Below the pieces are notes generated by a model. It did no database searches and was not told the origin of the DNA. It saw nothing but the letters and a program-made list of their open reading frames with translations. From Candidatus Iainarchaeum sp. (GTDB lineage Archaea; Iainarchaeota; Iainarchaeia; Iainarchaeales; JAFCCJ01), in NCBI GenBank assembly GCA_017610305.1, contig JAFCCJ010000001.1, forward strand, positions 1 through 62,278: a stretch of 62,278 bases of DNA, written 5' to 3'. The position numbers and the translations under genes are program-made. Of this stretch, positions 48,108 to 57,925 are shown piece by piece (the stretch's first letter is position 1; every line of letters starts with the position of its first letter).

Positions 48108-49388
48108 CTATTTTTTACCTGCCTTTTTCCGGTAAATCAGTGCAGCAATGTATTCTGCATGACTCCAGGAAAGGGGTACACCAAAACGAATGAAATCCCT
48201 TTTATGATGCTTACTTTTATCTGAAATATTATAATAGGAGCGTTTCATGAGGAAAAGCTCTTCAGTAATTCTGTCAAAATCAACATGCGGGAGTAAAATG
48301 TTGGAATCAAATTCCTTGCTGAAATCCAGACCGGTTTTCCATTCTTTTTTCATAAATTCCTTGAATGATTCTTTGGAAGCAATGTGCTCAGGGAGATAAC
48401 CTTTTACAGTTCTATAGGAATCAATTAATTTCATTATTTTATCCCCTTTCCTTTTCTTTCCAATGGAATAATAGTACTGGGCAAGAATTGCGCTGTATTG
48501 AATCCATGGGCCGTCACCAGCATGCAAATGCATTAGCTCATTACCCATCTCTGCTTTATACCTTCTCACTAATCCATACTTCTTGTCCCATAATTCCTTT
48601 TCCATTAATTCAATGCTTTTTTCCAGACGGTTTTTTTCCTTAAGGTCAAAATAGAAAGGGCTGAGCAAGGTAATATCAGGCCGGTTATCAACTACTCCGC
48701 CCTCCATAATTCTCGCAATTATTTGGTCATCCTGAATAAATGCTCTCTCAAATGCCTTTCCAAAATCATCTTTCAGATCACTATATTTCTCAAACCGCTT
48801 TTTGTTTTTTAAATATCTTTTCAATTCTTTCAATAATCTGATTACATGCATATATGCCGAGTTAACCCACAAAGTATATCCCTGTTCAACAGAAAATTCG
48901 TGAATTGAAGTAGTTGAATAGAAAAGGTTGAAAGCTTTTTTGTAATGGTTTTCAAATGCATAATCCAGTCCCTTGGCAATTGATGAAAGCAATTTCCTTT
49001 CATCTTTGATTGGTTTTTTTAATTTGTGTGCTGTAAGCAGGTAATTTGCAATTGTAATAATTCCATGCGCAGTGCAATCCTCCTGAATGTAAATTGACCT
49101 ATCCCTTCCATTAATCCCATACCTCTGCCCCCAGTAACCTGATTTTGATTGAATGCTTGCCATGAATTTCGCCATTCCGCCTAGAAGGCGGAGTGTTTTA
49201 TTACGCATTTTGGTTTCAGTGCATACCATTGCAAGCGAACGGGAAATTGCAGCCATATCGCGGGGGTAAATGTGCGGATATCTACTTCCTTGATAAGTTG
49301 AGAAAACACCAATGCCTCTTTTGGTACTTTTAGCACATCTTGCGATTATCTTCAGATTTTCCTTAATTTCATTTTCTATTTGCGACAT
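48108..49388 (-). CDS. GH15-like (alpha/alpha)6-barrel glycoside hydrolase, paralog 1
   Basis: Motifs YPHIYPRD and LSWSHAEYI, typical of glucoamylase/GH15-related proteins. Confidence 0.75.
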   Translation of the reverse strand: MSQIENEIKENLKIIARCAKSTKRGIGVFSTYQGSRYPHIYPRDMAAISRSLAMVCTETKMRNKTLRLLGGMAKFMASIQSKSGYWGQRYGINGRDRSIYIQEDCTAHGIITIANYLLTAHKLKKPIKDERKLLSSIAKGLDYAFENHYKKAFNLFYSTTSIHEFSVEQGYTLWVNSAYMHVIRLLKELKRYLKNKKRFEKYSDLKDDFGKAFERAFIQDDQIIARIMEGGVVDNRPDITLLSPFYFDLKEKNRLEKSIELMEKELWDKKYGLVRRYKAEMGNELMHLHAGDGPWIQYSAILAQYYYSIGKKRKGDKIMKLIDSYRTVKGYLPEHIASKESFKEFMKKEWKTGLDFSKEFDSNILLPHVDFDRITEELFLMKRSYYNISDKSKHHKRDFIRFGVPLSWSHAEYIAALIYRKKAGKK

Positions 49389-50346
49389 AAATATCAGCTT
49401 CTATCATTTTTATATCCTTGGTGAAATAATGGTGCACAAAATATATATTCCCTTCATCATCAAGAGTGGGCTCGCCGGCAAAATTTGAAATTACTTCTTC
49501 AGCCTTTCCCCACTGCCCATCTTCACTTTTCAGCGAACGGTAAACCGCAGGACCTGTATAGCCCCGCCTGCTTTGCCCGGTGAACCAAAGTTCTTTTTCG
49601 TCTGAAGAAATAAATGGCTGGTCTTCGTTAAGCTCGCTGTTAACATTAGGGCCAAGGTTAACAGGCTCTGACCATCCACCATTAATTTTGTCAGATTTCC
49701 AGATATCCCTTCCACCAAAACCCCCCTCATGCTCCCTGCCAAAATAAATTGTTTTTCCATCAGCAGTGATGTGGAATTCGCCGATTTTGTATTCTTTATT
49801 AAGTTGTTCGCCGGCGTTTTGCCAGTTTCCAAAATTCCCATCATTTAATCCGGCAGTGTAAACATCAACTTCCCCAAAATTTCCGCTGCGGACCGAGCAA
49901 AACCAAAGCAAATCCCCCTGAAAAAACGGGCAACCATCAAGGGAAAGGTTGTTGTTAAGAATTATTCTTTCAGGCTCTTCCCAAATTCCGCCAATTTTTT
50001 TTGAGAGCCAGATTCCTGAGACGCCATCAATGAGCTGCTTTTCAGGCGGAAGGTGTACATCAGAAACAAAAACAAAGAAAAATTTTTGGCCATTGGGAGT
50101 TATAAATGGGGAATCCTCAGCACCAGCAGTATTTATCGGCCCATCCATAGGAACAGGATCGCTCCATTCATTCAGATGAATAACTGGGGGAAAATTATCA
50201 GTTTCAGGGTTTCCTTTTATTGCATCATGCGTTGCATCTTCTCTTGTCTCAAACTTTATCTGTTCAGGCCTAGGACAACCGGAGATTAAAATCACAAAAA
50301 TTAGCAGAAAAAATAAAATTTTCCGGTTTTTTCTTGAAATTACCAT
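49369..50346 (-). CDS. Secreted lipoprotein with a PD40/TolB-like beta-propeller
   Basis: Lipobox ISGC and PD40-like blades (ITPNGQKFFF, ITADGKTIYF, ISSDEKELWF). Its 3' end overlaps the GH15 paralog start by 20 nt. Confidence 0.7.
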   Translation of the reverse strand: MVISRKNRKILFFLLIFVILISGCPRPEQIKFETREDATHDAIKGNPETDNFPPVIHLNEWSDPVPMDGPINTAGAEDSPFITPNGQKFFFVFVSDVHLPPEKQLIDGVSGIWLSKKIGGIWEEPERIILNNNLSLDGCPFFQGDLLWFCSVRSGNFGEVDVYTAGLNDGNFGNWQNAGEQLNKEYKIGEFHITADGKTIYFGREHEGGFGGRDIWKSDKINGGWSEPVNLGPNVNSELNEDQPFISSDEKELWFTGQSRRGYTGPAVYRSLKSEDGQWGKAEEVISNFAGEPTLDDEGNIYFVHHYFTKDIKMIEADIYVANRK

Positions 50347-50425
50347 TTATTTCATCCCTATTTAAATAACGCTGATTAACTATTTAATGATTTTGCGCAA
50401 TTTTACAAGGGTAAGATGAGGAAAA

Positions 50426-51430
50426 ATGAACGTTGATAAATGGTTTGACAAGAATTCCTACAAATGCCAGAGCTTTTCAAACATAAAAAAATTGGTGAAA
50501 TTGAAAAGGCAGCAGAAAAAAACCATAAGCCTGTGCATCCCTACCCTAAATGAAGAGGAAACTGTTGGGAAAGTTATTTCTGTCCTGAAAGATAATTTGA
50601 TGGACAAGTATAAATTGCTGGATGAAATCATTGTTGTGGATTCAGGAAGCACGGATAAAACAAGAGAAGTGGTGAAGGAAGCAGGGGTGGATTTTTATTA
50701 CGCAGATAATATTCTGAAAAGATATAAGAAGCGGAAGGGGAAGGGGGAAAATTTATGGAAAAGTTTGTATGTTGCAAAGGGAGATATTATTGTCTGGGTT
50801 GATGCCGATATTAAGAACATGCACCCCCGTTTTGTTTATGGTTTGGTTGGTCCATTGCTCACAAACAAAAAAATCTGGTTTACTAAGGCATTTTACCAAA
50901 GACCGATTAAGATTAGGGGGGAAGTTGCTCCATTGGGAGGGGGGAGGGTTACTGAATTGCTGATAAGGCCATTGTTTAACACTTACTTCCCAAGGTTGAG
51001 TGGTTTCATTCAACCATTGAGCGGAGAGTATGCGGGAAGGAGGAGCGCACTGGAAAAGATTCCCTTCTTTTCAGGTTATGGGGTGGAAACAGCAATGCTA
51101 ATTGATATGGATAAAAAGTTCGGCCTTGAGAGGATGGCCCAAGTAGATCTTTTGAAGAGAATTCATCGCAATCAATCCCTCGCTTCCTTGAGTAATATGG
51201 CCTTTGCAATTTTGCAGGTATTTTCCAGAAGGGCAAATGTTTTAGGGAAGCTTATTCTTGTTACGAAAACAAAAAGCACTTACAGGATTATTGAGAGCGA
51301 AAAAGACGATGGCAAGATAAAATATAAGCTAAAAAAGAAAACCATTAAGGAACTGCAGAGGCCACCGATAATTACGATAAGCGAATATAGGAAGAAATTT
51401 AAAAAAGAACCAAAATGGGTTGATTTATGA
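50426..51430 (+). CDS. gpgS: Glucosyl-3-phosphoglycerate synthase (GT81; a mannosyl-specific variant is not excluded)
   Basis: Motifs IPTLNEEETVG, VVDSGSTDKT, GKGENLW, GGGRVTELLIRPL and QPLSGEYA. Confidence 0.85.
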   Translation: MNVDKWFDKNSYKCQSFSNIKKLVKLKRQQKKTISLCIPTLNEEETVGKVISVLKDNLMDKYKLLDEIIVVDSGSTDKTREVVKEAGVDFYYADNILKRYKKRKGKGENLWKSLYVAKGDIIVWVDADIKNMHPRFVYGLVGPLLTNKKIWFTKAFYQRPIKIRGEVAPLGGGRVTELLIRPLFNTYFPRLSGFIQPLSGEYAGRRSALEKIPFFSGYGVETAMLIDMDKKFGLERMAQVDLLKRIHRNQSLASLSNMAFAILQVFSRRANVLGKLILVTKTKSTYRIIESEKDDGKIKYKLKKKTIKELQRPPIITISEYRKKFKKEPKWVDL

Positions 51431-52209
51431 TAATTGTTTTTTCAGATCTGGACGGAACTATGCTGGATCATAGTACATATTCTGCCAATAAATCGAAGAA
51501 TGCGATTGAGCTATTGATAAGGAAGAAAATTCCCCTGGTATTCTGCACAAGCAAAACATTTGCAGAGAATGAATTCTTCAGAAAGAAGTTGGGAGATTCA
51601 GATCCATTCATTGTGGAAAATGGCGGCGCAATTTATATTCCTGAAAATTATTTTTCTTTCCATTTTCCTTACACGAGAAGGGTCAAAAATTATTTTGTAA
51701 TTGATTTTGGGCCGAAAAGGGAGGTTCTTCTGGAAGCAATGGATGAGTTGAAATCAAAGGGCATTAAAGTAAAAAGTTTCGCTGATATGGGTGTTGAGGA
51801 GATTGCAGAAGATGCAGGCCTTTCTTTGGAGATGGCCAAGCTTGCAAAGGAAAGGGAATTTACAATGCCATTTAAATTGCTGGATGAAAATAAAATTAGT
51901 GAACTTAAAAAATTTGCGCACACGCATGATTTGAATCTGACAAAGGGAGGAAGGTATTTTCATTTAATGGGACAGTTCGATAAGGGAGAGGCGGTTGAGA
52001 AATTGTCAGCACTTTACAAAAAAGAATTCAAAAAAATTGAAACCATTGCTTTCGGGGATTCGCAGAATGATTTTGAAATGCTGGGATCTGTGGATAAGGG
52101 TTTTTTAGTTGGCAAAATTGACGGGAAATTCGCTTCCAATAAATTTTCTCACGCAGAAGGTATTGGCCCTGAGGGATTCAGCAAAAAAATAATGGAGTTG
52201 TTATCTTGA
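51427..52209 (+). CDS. gpgP: Glucosyl/mannosyl-3-phosphoglycerate phosphatase (HAD-IIB, MPGP family)
   Basis: VFSDLDGTMLDHSTYS N-terminus. ATGA overlap with gpgS. Confidence 0.8.
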   Translation: MIIVFSDLDGTMLDHSTYSANKSKNAIELLIRKKIPLVFCTSKTFAENEFFRKKLGDSDPFIVENGGAIYIPENYFSFHFPYTRRVKNYFVIDFGPKREVLLEAMDELKSKGIKVKSFADMGVEEIAEDAGLSLEMAKLAKEREFTMPFKLLDENKISELKKFAHTHDLNLTKGGRYFHLMGQFDKGEAVEKLSALYKKEFKKIETIAFGDSQNDFEMLGSVDKGFLVGKIDGKFASNKFSHAEGIGPEGFSKKIMELLS

Positions 52210-53381
52210 TCAATAAAAAGAAGGCAGAATCACTTTACAAAAAAAGTATTTCGATTCTTAAAAAGGTTCAGCTGGAAAATGGCGGGTGTTTGGCAACACC
52301 AAAAGGGGAAAGATATCCTTATGTTTACCCCAGAGACCACGCGATTATTCTGCTTGCATTTTTAAGCGCAGGGAAGGTGAAAGAGGCCAGGAAAGGTTTG
52401 GAATTTATTTTTAAAAGCCAGTTGGACAATGGAGCCTTTCCCCAGAGATTGGATACTGAGGGCAAGGATGCTTCCTATAAACCGATTCAGCTGGATGGAA
52501 CTGCATTGGTGCTTTACGCTTTTGCGCGTTATTGCAAAGAATCAAAAAGCAAATCTTTCCAGTCAAAATACTGGGCAAAAGCGAGTAAGGCCGCGGAGTA
52601 TATAATTAAATGGGTTCAGGAAGATAAAGGCCTGGCATTTACACCAAATTCAATACATGAATTCCCTCCTGCTGAGGAGGGACTGGAGATTTGGGCAAAC
52701 GCCGCTTCCTCTGCAGCGCTCATGGAGCTCAGCGAACTGGAAAACGGTTCTGATAAGGAAATGGAGAGATTCAAGGAGGAGGCAAACAGAATAAAAAAGG
52801 GCATAGTCACTTATATGTGGAATCCCAGAATTAAAGGATTTATTAAAAATATCCGGCTAAAGGAATCCTCCTCGGTTTTGACTGACCCTGATGCCTCGAC
52901 TTACGGTGTTGCTGATTTTGGTGTTTTAAGTGATGATGACAAAAGGATAAAGCAGGATGTTAAAAGGATTGAGAAGAATTTATGGCACAAAAAATTAGGG
53001 GGGCTGTGCAGATATCCAAAGCACGAGGGAAGGAATAATGGGGGCTGGGGGCCATGGCCTCATTTTACTCTGATGGTTGCAAGGCATTTTATCAGAACAG
53101 GGCAGAAAAAGAAAGCTGATGATTATATTAATTGGGTAATTAAGATTGGGCAGAATAATTTGCTTCCGGAGCATATTGCGACAGTAAATGAGTTTGAGGA
53201 ATATGTTACGGATTATGGAAGGGCTGGTTTACTAAGGCCTGACAGGAAAATTTTAATTGAGAATGCGAGGAAGAACAAGGCGTTTAAGAAAGGGGTTGCT
53301 TACATCACAACCCCGCTTGCATGGCCACATGCGGAATTTATTCGCACTTGGAACTTGTATAAATCGGTTTTTGGAAAATGA
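52206..53381 (+). CDS. GH15-like (alpha/alpha)6-barrel glycoside hydrolase, paralog 2
   Basis: Motifs YPYVYPRD and LAWPHAEFI. The TTG start overlaps the gpgP stop. Confidence 0.75.
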   Translation: MINKKKAESLYKKSISILKKVQLENGGCLATPKGERYPYVYPRDHAIILLAFLSAGKVKEARKGLEFIFKSQLDNGAFPQRLDTEGKDASYKPIQLDGTALVLYAFARYCKESKSKSFQSKYWAKASKAAEYIIKWVQEDKGLAFTPNSIHEFPPAEEGLEIWANAASSAALMELSELENGSDKEMERFKEEANRIKKGIVTYMWNPRIKGFIKNIRLKESSSVLTDPDASTYGVADFGVLSDDDKRIKQDVKRIEKNLWHKKLGGLCRYPKHEGRNNGGWGPWPHFTLMVARHFIRTGQKKKADDYINWVIKIGQNNLLPEHIATVNEFEEYVTDYGRAGLLRPDRKILIENARKNKAFKKGVAYITTPLAWPHAEFIRTWNLYKSVFGK

Positions 53382-53383
53382 TA

Positions 53384-54301
53384 TTATAACTTTCCTAGGA
53401 ATTTCTTAACCCTGCCTTTTTCAGGCAGAACAATTCCATGATGCTTTACCTTCTCCCCCGCAACCCAGTTTCCGAATTTCAGGCACTTTTTCAGGGGCAG
53501 GTTTTTCAAATATGCCGTAAGAAAGGCTGCATTAAAAACATCCCCCGCACCTGTGCTGTCCCTTGCCCTGTTCTTTGTTGCCGGTTCCCTGATGATGGTG
53601 TCGGCATATGCTACTGCCCCCTTTTTCCCCTTTTTCAGAATTATAATTCCTGAGCTTTTTTTCGCGAGTGCTTTTAAACCGTCATTAATTTTATTTCTGC
53701 CCGTGAGTTTTAGCAGCTCAATCTCATTCAGAAAAAGGAGGTCAATGTACCTAAGCAGGGGGAACACTTTATCCCATCTTCCAAATTCATCAAACGTAAC
53801 ATCAAAAGCAATAAGGCAATTCTTTTTTTTCAGCCGTTTTAGGAAAGGTACAAAACCATTGTGCAATCCCAGTAAATGTTGCCATCCTCCAAAGTAAACC
53901 AACTGATTTCCCTTCAATCTTCTACATAATTTATCATAAACCCACTTAAGTTTCAGCTCCTCCAGCGCCCCCTTATTGGAAAGAATCCTTCTCCTCCCCT
54001 TTTCATTAACAAAAACCAGGGAGCAGCCATTAAGTTTATTTGATCTAAACAAAGTGTGCTTTACAGAATTCTTTTTCAATTCGTCGAGGAGGAATTCAGT
54101 AACATGGTCCTTACCGATTGCGGAAATCAGCTCAGCATTATTTCCAATTTTTGCTGCCGCAACAGCAAAATTTGCCGCATTTCCGCCAATTGAATAGGTA
54201 ATTTTATTTATGTGGGCCTCTTCCCCCAAATCAGGCATTTTTCCGGTTATGGAAAGGATATCTAAATTCAAATCCCCGATTGCAATAATCTTCGCAGGCA
54301 T
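53384..54301 (-). CDS. PfkB-family carbohydrate kinase
   Basis: Motifs GGNAANFA and GAGDVFNAAF. Confidence 0.85.
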   Translation of the reverse strand: MPAKIIAIGDLNLDILSITGKMPDLGEEAHINKITYSIGGNAANFAVAAAKIGNNAELISAIGKDHVTEFLLDELKKNSVKHTLFRSNKLNGCSLVFVNEKGRRRILSNKGALEELKLKWVYDKLCRRLKGNQLVYFGGWQHLLGLHNGFVPFLKRLKKKNCLIAFDVTFDEFGRWDKVFPLLRYIDLLFLNEIELLKLTGRNKINDGLKALAKKSSGIIILKKGKKGAVAYADTIIREPATKNRARDSTGAGDVFNAAFLTAYLKNLPLKKCLKFGNWVAGEKVKHHGIVLPEKGRVKKFLGKL

Positions 54302-54356
54302 TGATAGTAATTGATTAAGGAAGTATTTAAGGGTTTTGAAGCGTGCCTGATTATGC

Positions 54357-54821
54357 CTAAATCAGCAATTCACTGATAAGACTATTTACGAAATCCCTGC
54401 AAAAGTCATTGGGGTTTTCATCGGCAATAAAATTTACGGGGCTGGTGGACTCAAAGTAAAATCCAAAATAAGTGCATTCAAAATCGGCAGGGTTTTCTAC
54501 TCCTGAGGGAGGGCCAATATCAATTTTTACTTTGCAAAAACCATCGCTATCCCCAATAACTCTTGCACCGATTGTTCCTGATCCTTCTGAGGAAACAATA
54601 ATTTTGGCCTCAGTGCATGAGATAATTGCATCCTTAAAACATTCCTCATCAGAACCACAGTCTTTTGCGAGGTCTACAACCGGGGGAGGGACATATTCAC
54701 AATCCTGAGGACAATTTGAGTCAGTTTCACTAGGCCTATCGCAAAAATTATCCCCGCAATCATCGCTGGCACAACCAAGTAAAAACAGGGAAAATAATAC
54801 TAATGCAATAAGCTTTTTCAT
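54357..54821 (-). CDS. Small secreted Cys-rich lipoprotein
   Basis: Lipobox LLGC followed by a CGDNFCDRPSETDSNCPQDC module. Confidence 0.65.
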   Translation of the reverse strand: MKKLIALVLFSLFLLGCASDDCGDNFCDRPSETDSNCPQDCEYVPPPVVDLAKDCGSDEECFKDAIISCTEAKIIVSSEGSGTIGARVIGDSDGFCKVKIDIGPPSGVENPADFECTYFGFYFESTSPVNFIADENPNDFCRDFVNSLISELLI

Positions 54822-54928
54822 GCTTAGAATTACATCAAAAGAATATTTATTACTATTGCCCTTTTGGCAGTTTTGTTGTAAAATACTTTTAAAATACCTT
54901 TCAATGCCTAATATTATTGGTTTCGCTG

Positions 54929-56005
54929 ATGAGAAAACTTTTACTTTTGTTGGGGGCAGTTCTTCTAATTTCCTTATTTTCTAATGTTGTTTCCCAGGCA
55001 GATATGGTTATGATGCAACAATACTTTACAGTAAGTTCAACAGACTCTAGCAAGGATACTGGCGATGAGGTTTGTATCAGTATGGGAAGAATTTGTGTCG
55101 GTTACACTGACACCAGTTCGAGAACATGCCAATCAGTCCACCCTGATGCCGCAGTCACTACCAGCACAAGCGGGGACTTGTCAGGAGTTTATTGCGATGG
55201 TTCCCCGCAGACGGGAATTTGTGCAACAAAAACAAACACCTGCCACACCTGCCCTGAATGCACTAATACAGTGGATTGTTCAACCCCAATTGGAAATTTG
55301 TACAGGGAGATGTATGTTGAGTGCAGCAGCCAGATAATAAATCCGCCTCAGCAAGATTTCTTTTCAATGATTGCCGAATTTATTTCCAATTTATTAGAAA
55401 GTTTGTTTTCCGGCGGATTCATAGCACAAACCAATGTGATCCAGCAAACTCAGACAATTCAGATAGGGCCCTATCCTGACAGATGGGCATGTGACTTTTA
55501 CCAGATTCCATTTCCAGGAGTCAATAAAAAAATGGTTTCCTGCCCTTATGAAACTCCGGGGGCGGCAATTAATGACGCCGCAAATGCCTACTGCAGGACC
55601 GCTATGGCATCACCCTGGGCAGAAGCAGAGATGTGCAATGAGCAAGGGGTAATTGTCTGTACCCATCCCTGTGAAACTGCTCCCGCACATATAATTCCCT
55701 CTAGATGCGCGTTTGACATTGACAGGCCAAGGGGAAATCAGGCAGCACCATTAAACTGGTGCCCGCCAAAGGAAACGCCATCATACCCTTCAGGGGAAGG
55801 CAGGCCAGATAATTGCTTTGATACTGCCTACCAGGCACACAGGGGATATAATGAGAATCAAGCCTTGTGGGATGGTTATATGGCGGATACTGATGGTGTT
55901 TGCCAGTCTGAATATGGGAGAGGTGCGCCAAGCCCGTGTGCCCATATAGTCCAGTTAAGCACTAGCGGAAATCCCTACTATTTGTGCTGGTATAATAACC
56001 CATAA
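54929..56005 (+). CDS. Secreted Cys-rich protein
   Basis: Signal peptide MRKLLLLLGAVLLISLF and >25 Cys. The ATG at 54929 is preferred over the TTG at 54917. Confidence 0.6.
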   Translation: MRKLLLLLGAVLLISLFSNVVSQADMVMMQQYFTVSSTDSSKDTGDEVCISMGRICVGYTDTSSRTCQSVHPDAAVTTSTSGDLSGVYCDGSPQTGICATKTNTCHTCPECTNTVDCSTPIGNLYREMYVECSSQIINPPQQDFFSMIAEFISNLLESLFSGGFIAQTNVIQQTQTIQIGPYPDRWACDFYQIPFPGVNKKMVSCPYETPGAAINDAANAYCRTAMASPWAEAEMCNEQGVIVCTHPCETAPAHIIPSRCAFDIDRPRGNQAAPLNWCPPKETPSYPSGEGRPDNCFDTAYQAHRGYNENQALWDGYMADTDGVCQSEYGRGAPSPCAHIVQLSTSGNPYYLCWYNNP

Positions 56006-56111
56006 ATGGCTGAAATTAATTTCCCTATTTTTCTTCTTAAAATATCTTTATATACAAATTGAATTAGACAGAGACGGAAATTATATAAATATCAAAGGAA
56101 TTACACATATC

Positions 56112-56450
56112 ATGCTTTACAGAATTGTTGGGCTATTTGTGGTGCTGGTTGTTATATCGGGCTGCGCCCTTCCAAGCTATGAGGCAATCTCCGAAGAAAA
56201 AGAACAGTTTATTGGCACTTGGAATTCAACGGATAGTCAGATTTTAATAATCAACGCAGATGGTTCCGGCAATTATTACGGATTTGGCAGGAAAATTTCT
56301 GGTGGAGCAATAACCATAACGAAAAGTGAACTCACTATCGAACTTTTTAACGAAACCTTTTCAAAGACATTTAAGATCACAAAACCACCTTACAATGAAG
56401 GTGGAGAAACCAAAATGAAACTCAATCACTCGATTTTTACTAAGCAATAA
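56112..56450 (+). CDS. Small lipoprotein
   Basis: Lipobox VISGC. 112 aa. Confidence 0.55.
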   Translation: MLYRIVGLFVVLVVISGCALPSYEAISEEKEQFIGTWNSTDSQILIINADGSGNYYGFGRKISGGAITITKSELTIELFNETFSKTFKITKPPYNEGGETKMKLNHSIFTKQ

Positions 56451-56451
56451 T

Positions 56452-56736
56452 TCAGCCACCAATCTTAACCAGTTTCACAGTGAAGATTAATTCCTTTCCT
56501 GCTAATTCGCCCGAATTATATCCTTCCCCTGCAGGGACAATTATTTCCTTCTCAGTTCCCTCTTCCATTCCATTGACTCCCTCATCGAAATGCTTCAGAA
56601 GCTGGCCATCGCCAATTGTAAAACTAAGCGGCTCACTTCCTTCGCTGCTGTCGAATACTGAACCATCTTGTAGTTTGCCCGTATAATGGACCGCTACTTT
56701 ATCTCCTGTTTTTGCAATGTTTCCCATATTTTTCAC
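56452..56736 (-). CDS. FKBP-type peptidyl-prolyl cis-trans isomerase (short form)
   Basis: GDKVAVHYTGKLQDGSVFDSS...PLSFTIGDGQLLKHFDEGVNGM. Confidence 0.88.
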   Translation of the reverse strand: MKNMGNIAKTGDKVAVHYTGKLQDGSVFDSSEGSEPLSFTIGDGQLLKHFDEGVNGMEEGTEKEIIVPAGEGYNSGELAGKELIFTVKLVKIGG

Positions 56737-56759
56737 CTCTTATATTAATCTGTTAAATT

Positions 56760-56773
56760 AAGCGCAGGGGACG
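56760..56773. repeat. Direct repeat copy 1 (AAGCGCAGGGGACG), identical to the tRNA-Ser 3' end plus 3 nt of trailer
   Basis: Exact 14-nt match to 57912..57925. The two copies bracket only the Fic gene. Confidence 0.7.
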
Positions 56774-56842
56774 TGCTGCGGGTAACAAGTTCTTAGCATC
56801 CCAAATGTTTCAGTCTGTTATTACTATGTGCTAAGTCATATA

Positions 56843-57832
56843 TTAGATTTTGCTTTCAATTCTCTTATGTTTTATTTGTTTGATGAATGATTTATGGCAG
56901 AATTTAACAAAGTGTTTTTCGTTTTTTGTTTCAACTGATTTAATCAATGCCTTAAAGTAATCTGAGGTCTCTTTTGAGATATTTAAAATCGGATATCCTG
57001 CGTCTTCAAGTATTTTATTGAACAGTAATCTGCAGATTCTTTTGTTTCCGTCCTTGAACGGGTGAATTAAGTAGATTTTTAAATGAACTAATGCAGCCAA
57101 TTCTAATGGATAAATATTTTTGTTTTCATTGAACCATTCAAAGAATTTTTTGTATTCTGATTTGACTTTTGCGGGGGTTGGAGGCCTGTATTTTATTTCT
57201 TCACTTTGAAAAGTTACTGGATTGAATTTAGCAATAATTCTTTGATCGTCCCTTAGTTGGCCGGGACTTTTGTCTTCAAATGAAGTCATTATTATTCCAT
57301 GTAATTTCAAAACGTCTTTTTCATTTAATTTAAGTTTAGGTAAATAATCTAATCCGGTGATCATTGCACTTGAAATAATTACTTTTTTATCAAAAGTATA
57401 TTCTCCTTTCTTTTTTTGAAGAATTGTGAAAGCTGTTTGAACATCAGAGAAATTAACATCAACCCCTTCAGTTCTTAAAGTAGTGTAAACAAAATCCAAA
57501 ACAGATTTTTTATTGAATTCATATTTTTTTGTTTTACTTAATTTATTGAATCTTTCCAAAAAATTGTCTTTAATTCTTTCAACTTCACTTAATTCTTTTC
57601 TTGAAAGAAAAGAAAACTTAAATTCATTTAATCTTTCATCATAAAGTGAACTCAAAACTTTTTTTGTTTTGTCCTCTAATTCTTTTTCTTTTTTTTTCAA
57701 TTCTTTTTTTGGGGGCTTTTTTCTACCTAAAGAAATAGAAATCTTTTTCCATCTGTTTTTTCCTATGCGTATATTTTTGTCCAGATAGTAATATATTTTT
57801 TTATCTATTTTCCTTTCAACTACACTACTCAT
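56843..57832 (-). CDS. Fic/DOC-family protein
   Basis: Fic motif HPFKDGNKRICR. Visibly more AT-rich than its neighbours. The ATG at 57832 is preferred over the TTG at 57850. Confidence 0.88.
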   Translation of the reverse strand: MSSVVERKIDKKIYYYLDKNIRIGKNRWKKISISLGRKKPPKKELKKKEKELEDKTKKVLSSLYDERLNEFKFSFLSRKELSEVERIKDNFLERFNKLSKTKKYEFNKKSVLDFVYTTLRTEGVDVNFSDVQTAFTILQKKKGEYTFDKKVIISSAMITGLDYLPKLKLNEKDVLKLHGIIMTSFEDKSPGQLRDDQRIIAKFNPVTFQSEEIKYRPPTPAKVKSEYKKFFEWFNENKNIYPLELAALVHLKIYLIHPFKDGNKRICRLLFNKILEDAGYPILNISKETSDYFKALIKSVETKNEKHFVKFCHKSFIKQIKHKRIESKI

Positions 57833-57911
57833 AATAATTACCACCACCAAAATAATTAAAAAGAGTGGTGTTAAATTATAACCACCTAATAGAAAAATAT
57901 TTGTGGTGTTA

Positions 57912-57925
57912 AAGCGCAGGGGACG
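57912..57925. repeat. Direct repeat copy 2 (overlaps the tRNA-Ser 3' end)
   Basis: AAGCGCAGGGGACG. 57915..57925 are the last 11 nt of the tRNA. Confidence 0.7.
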
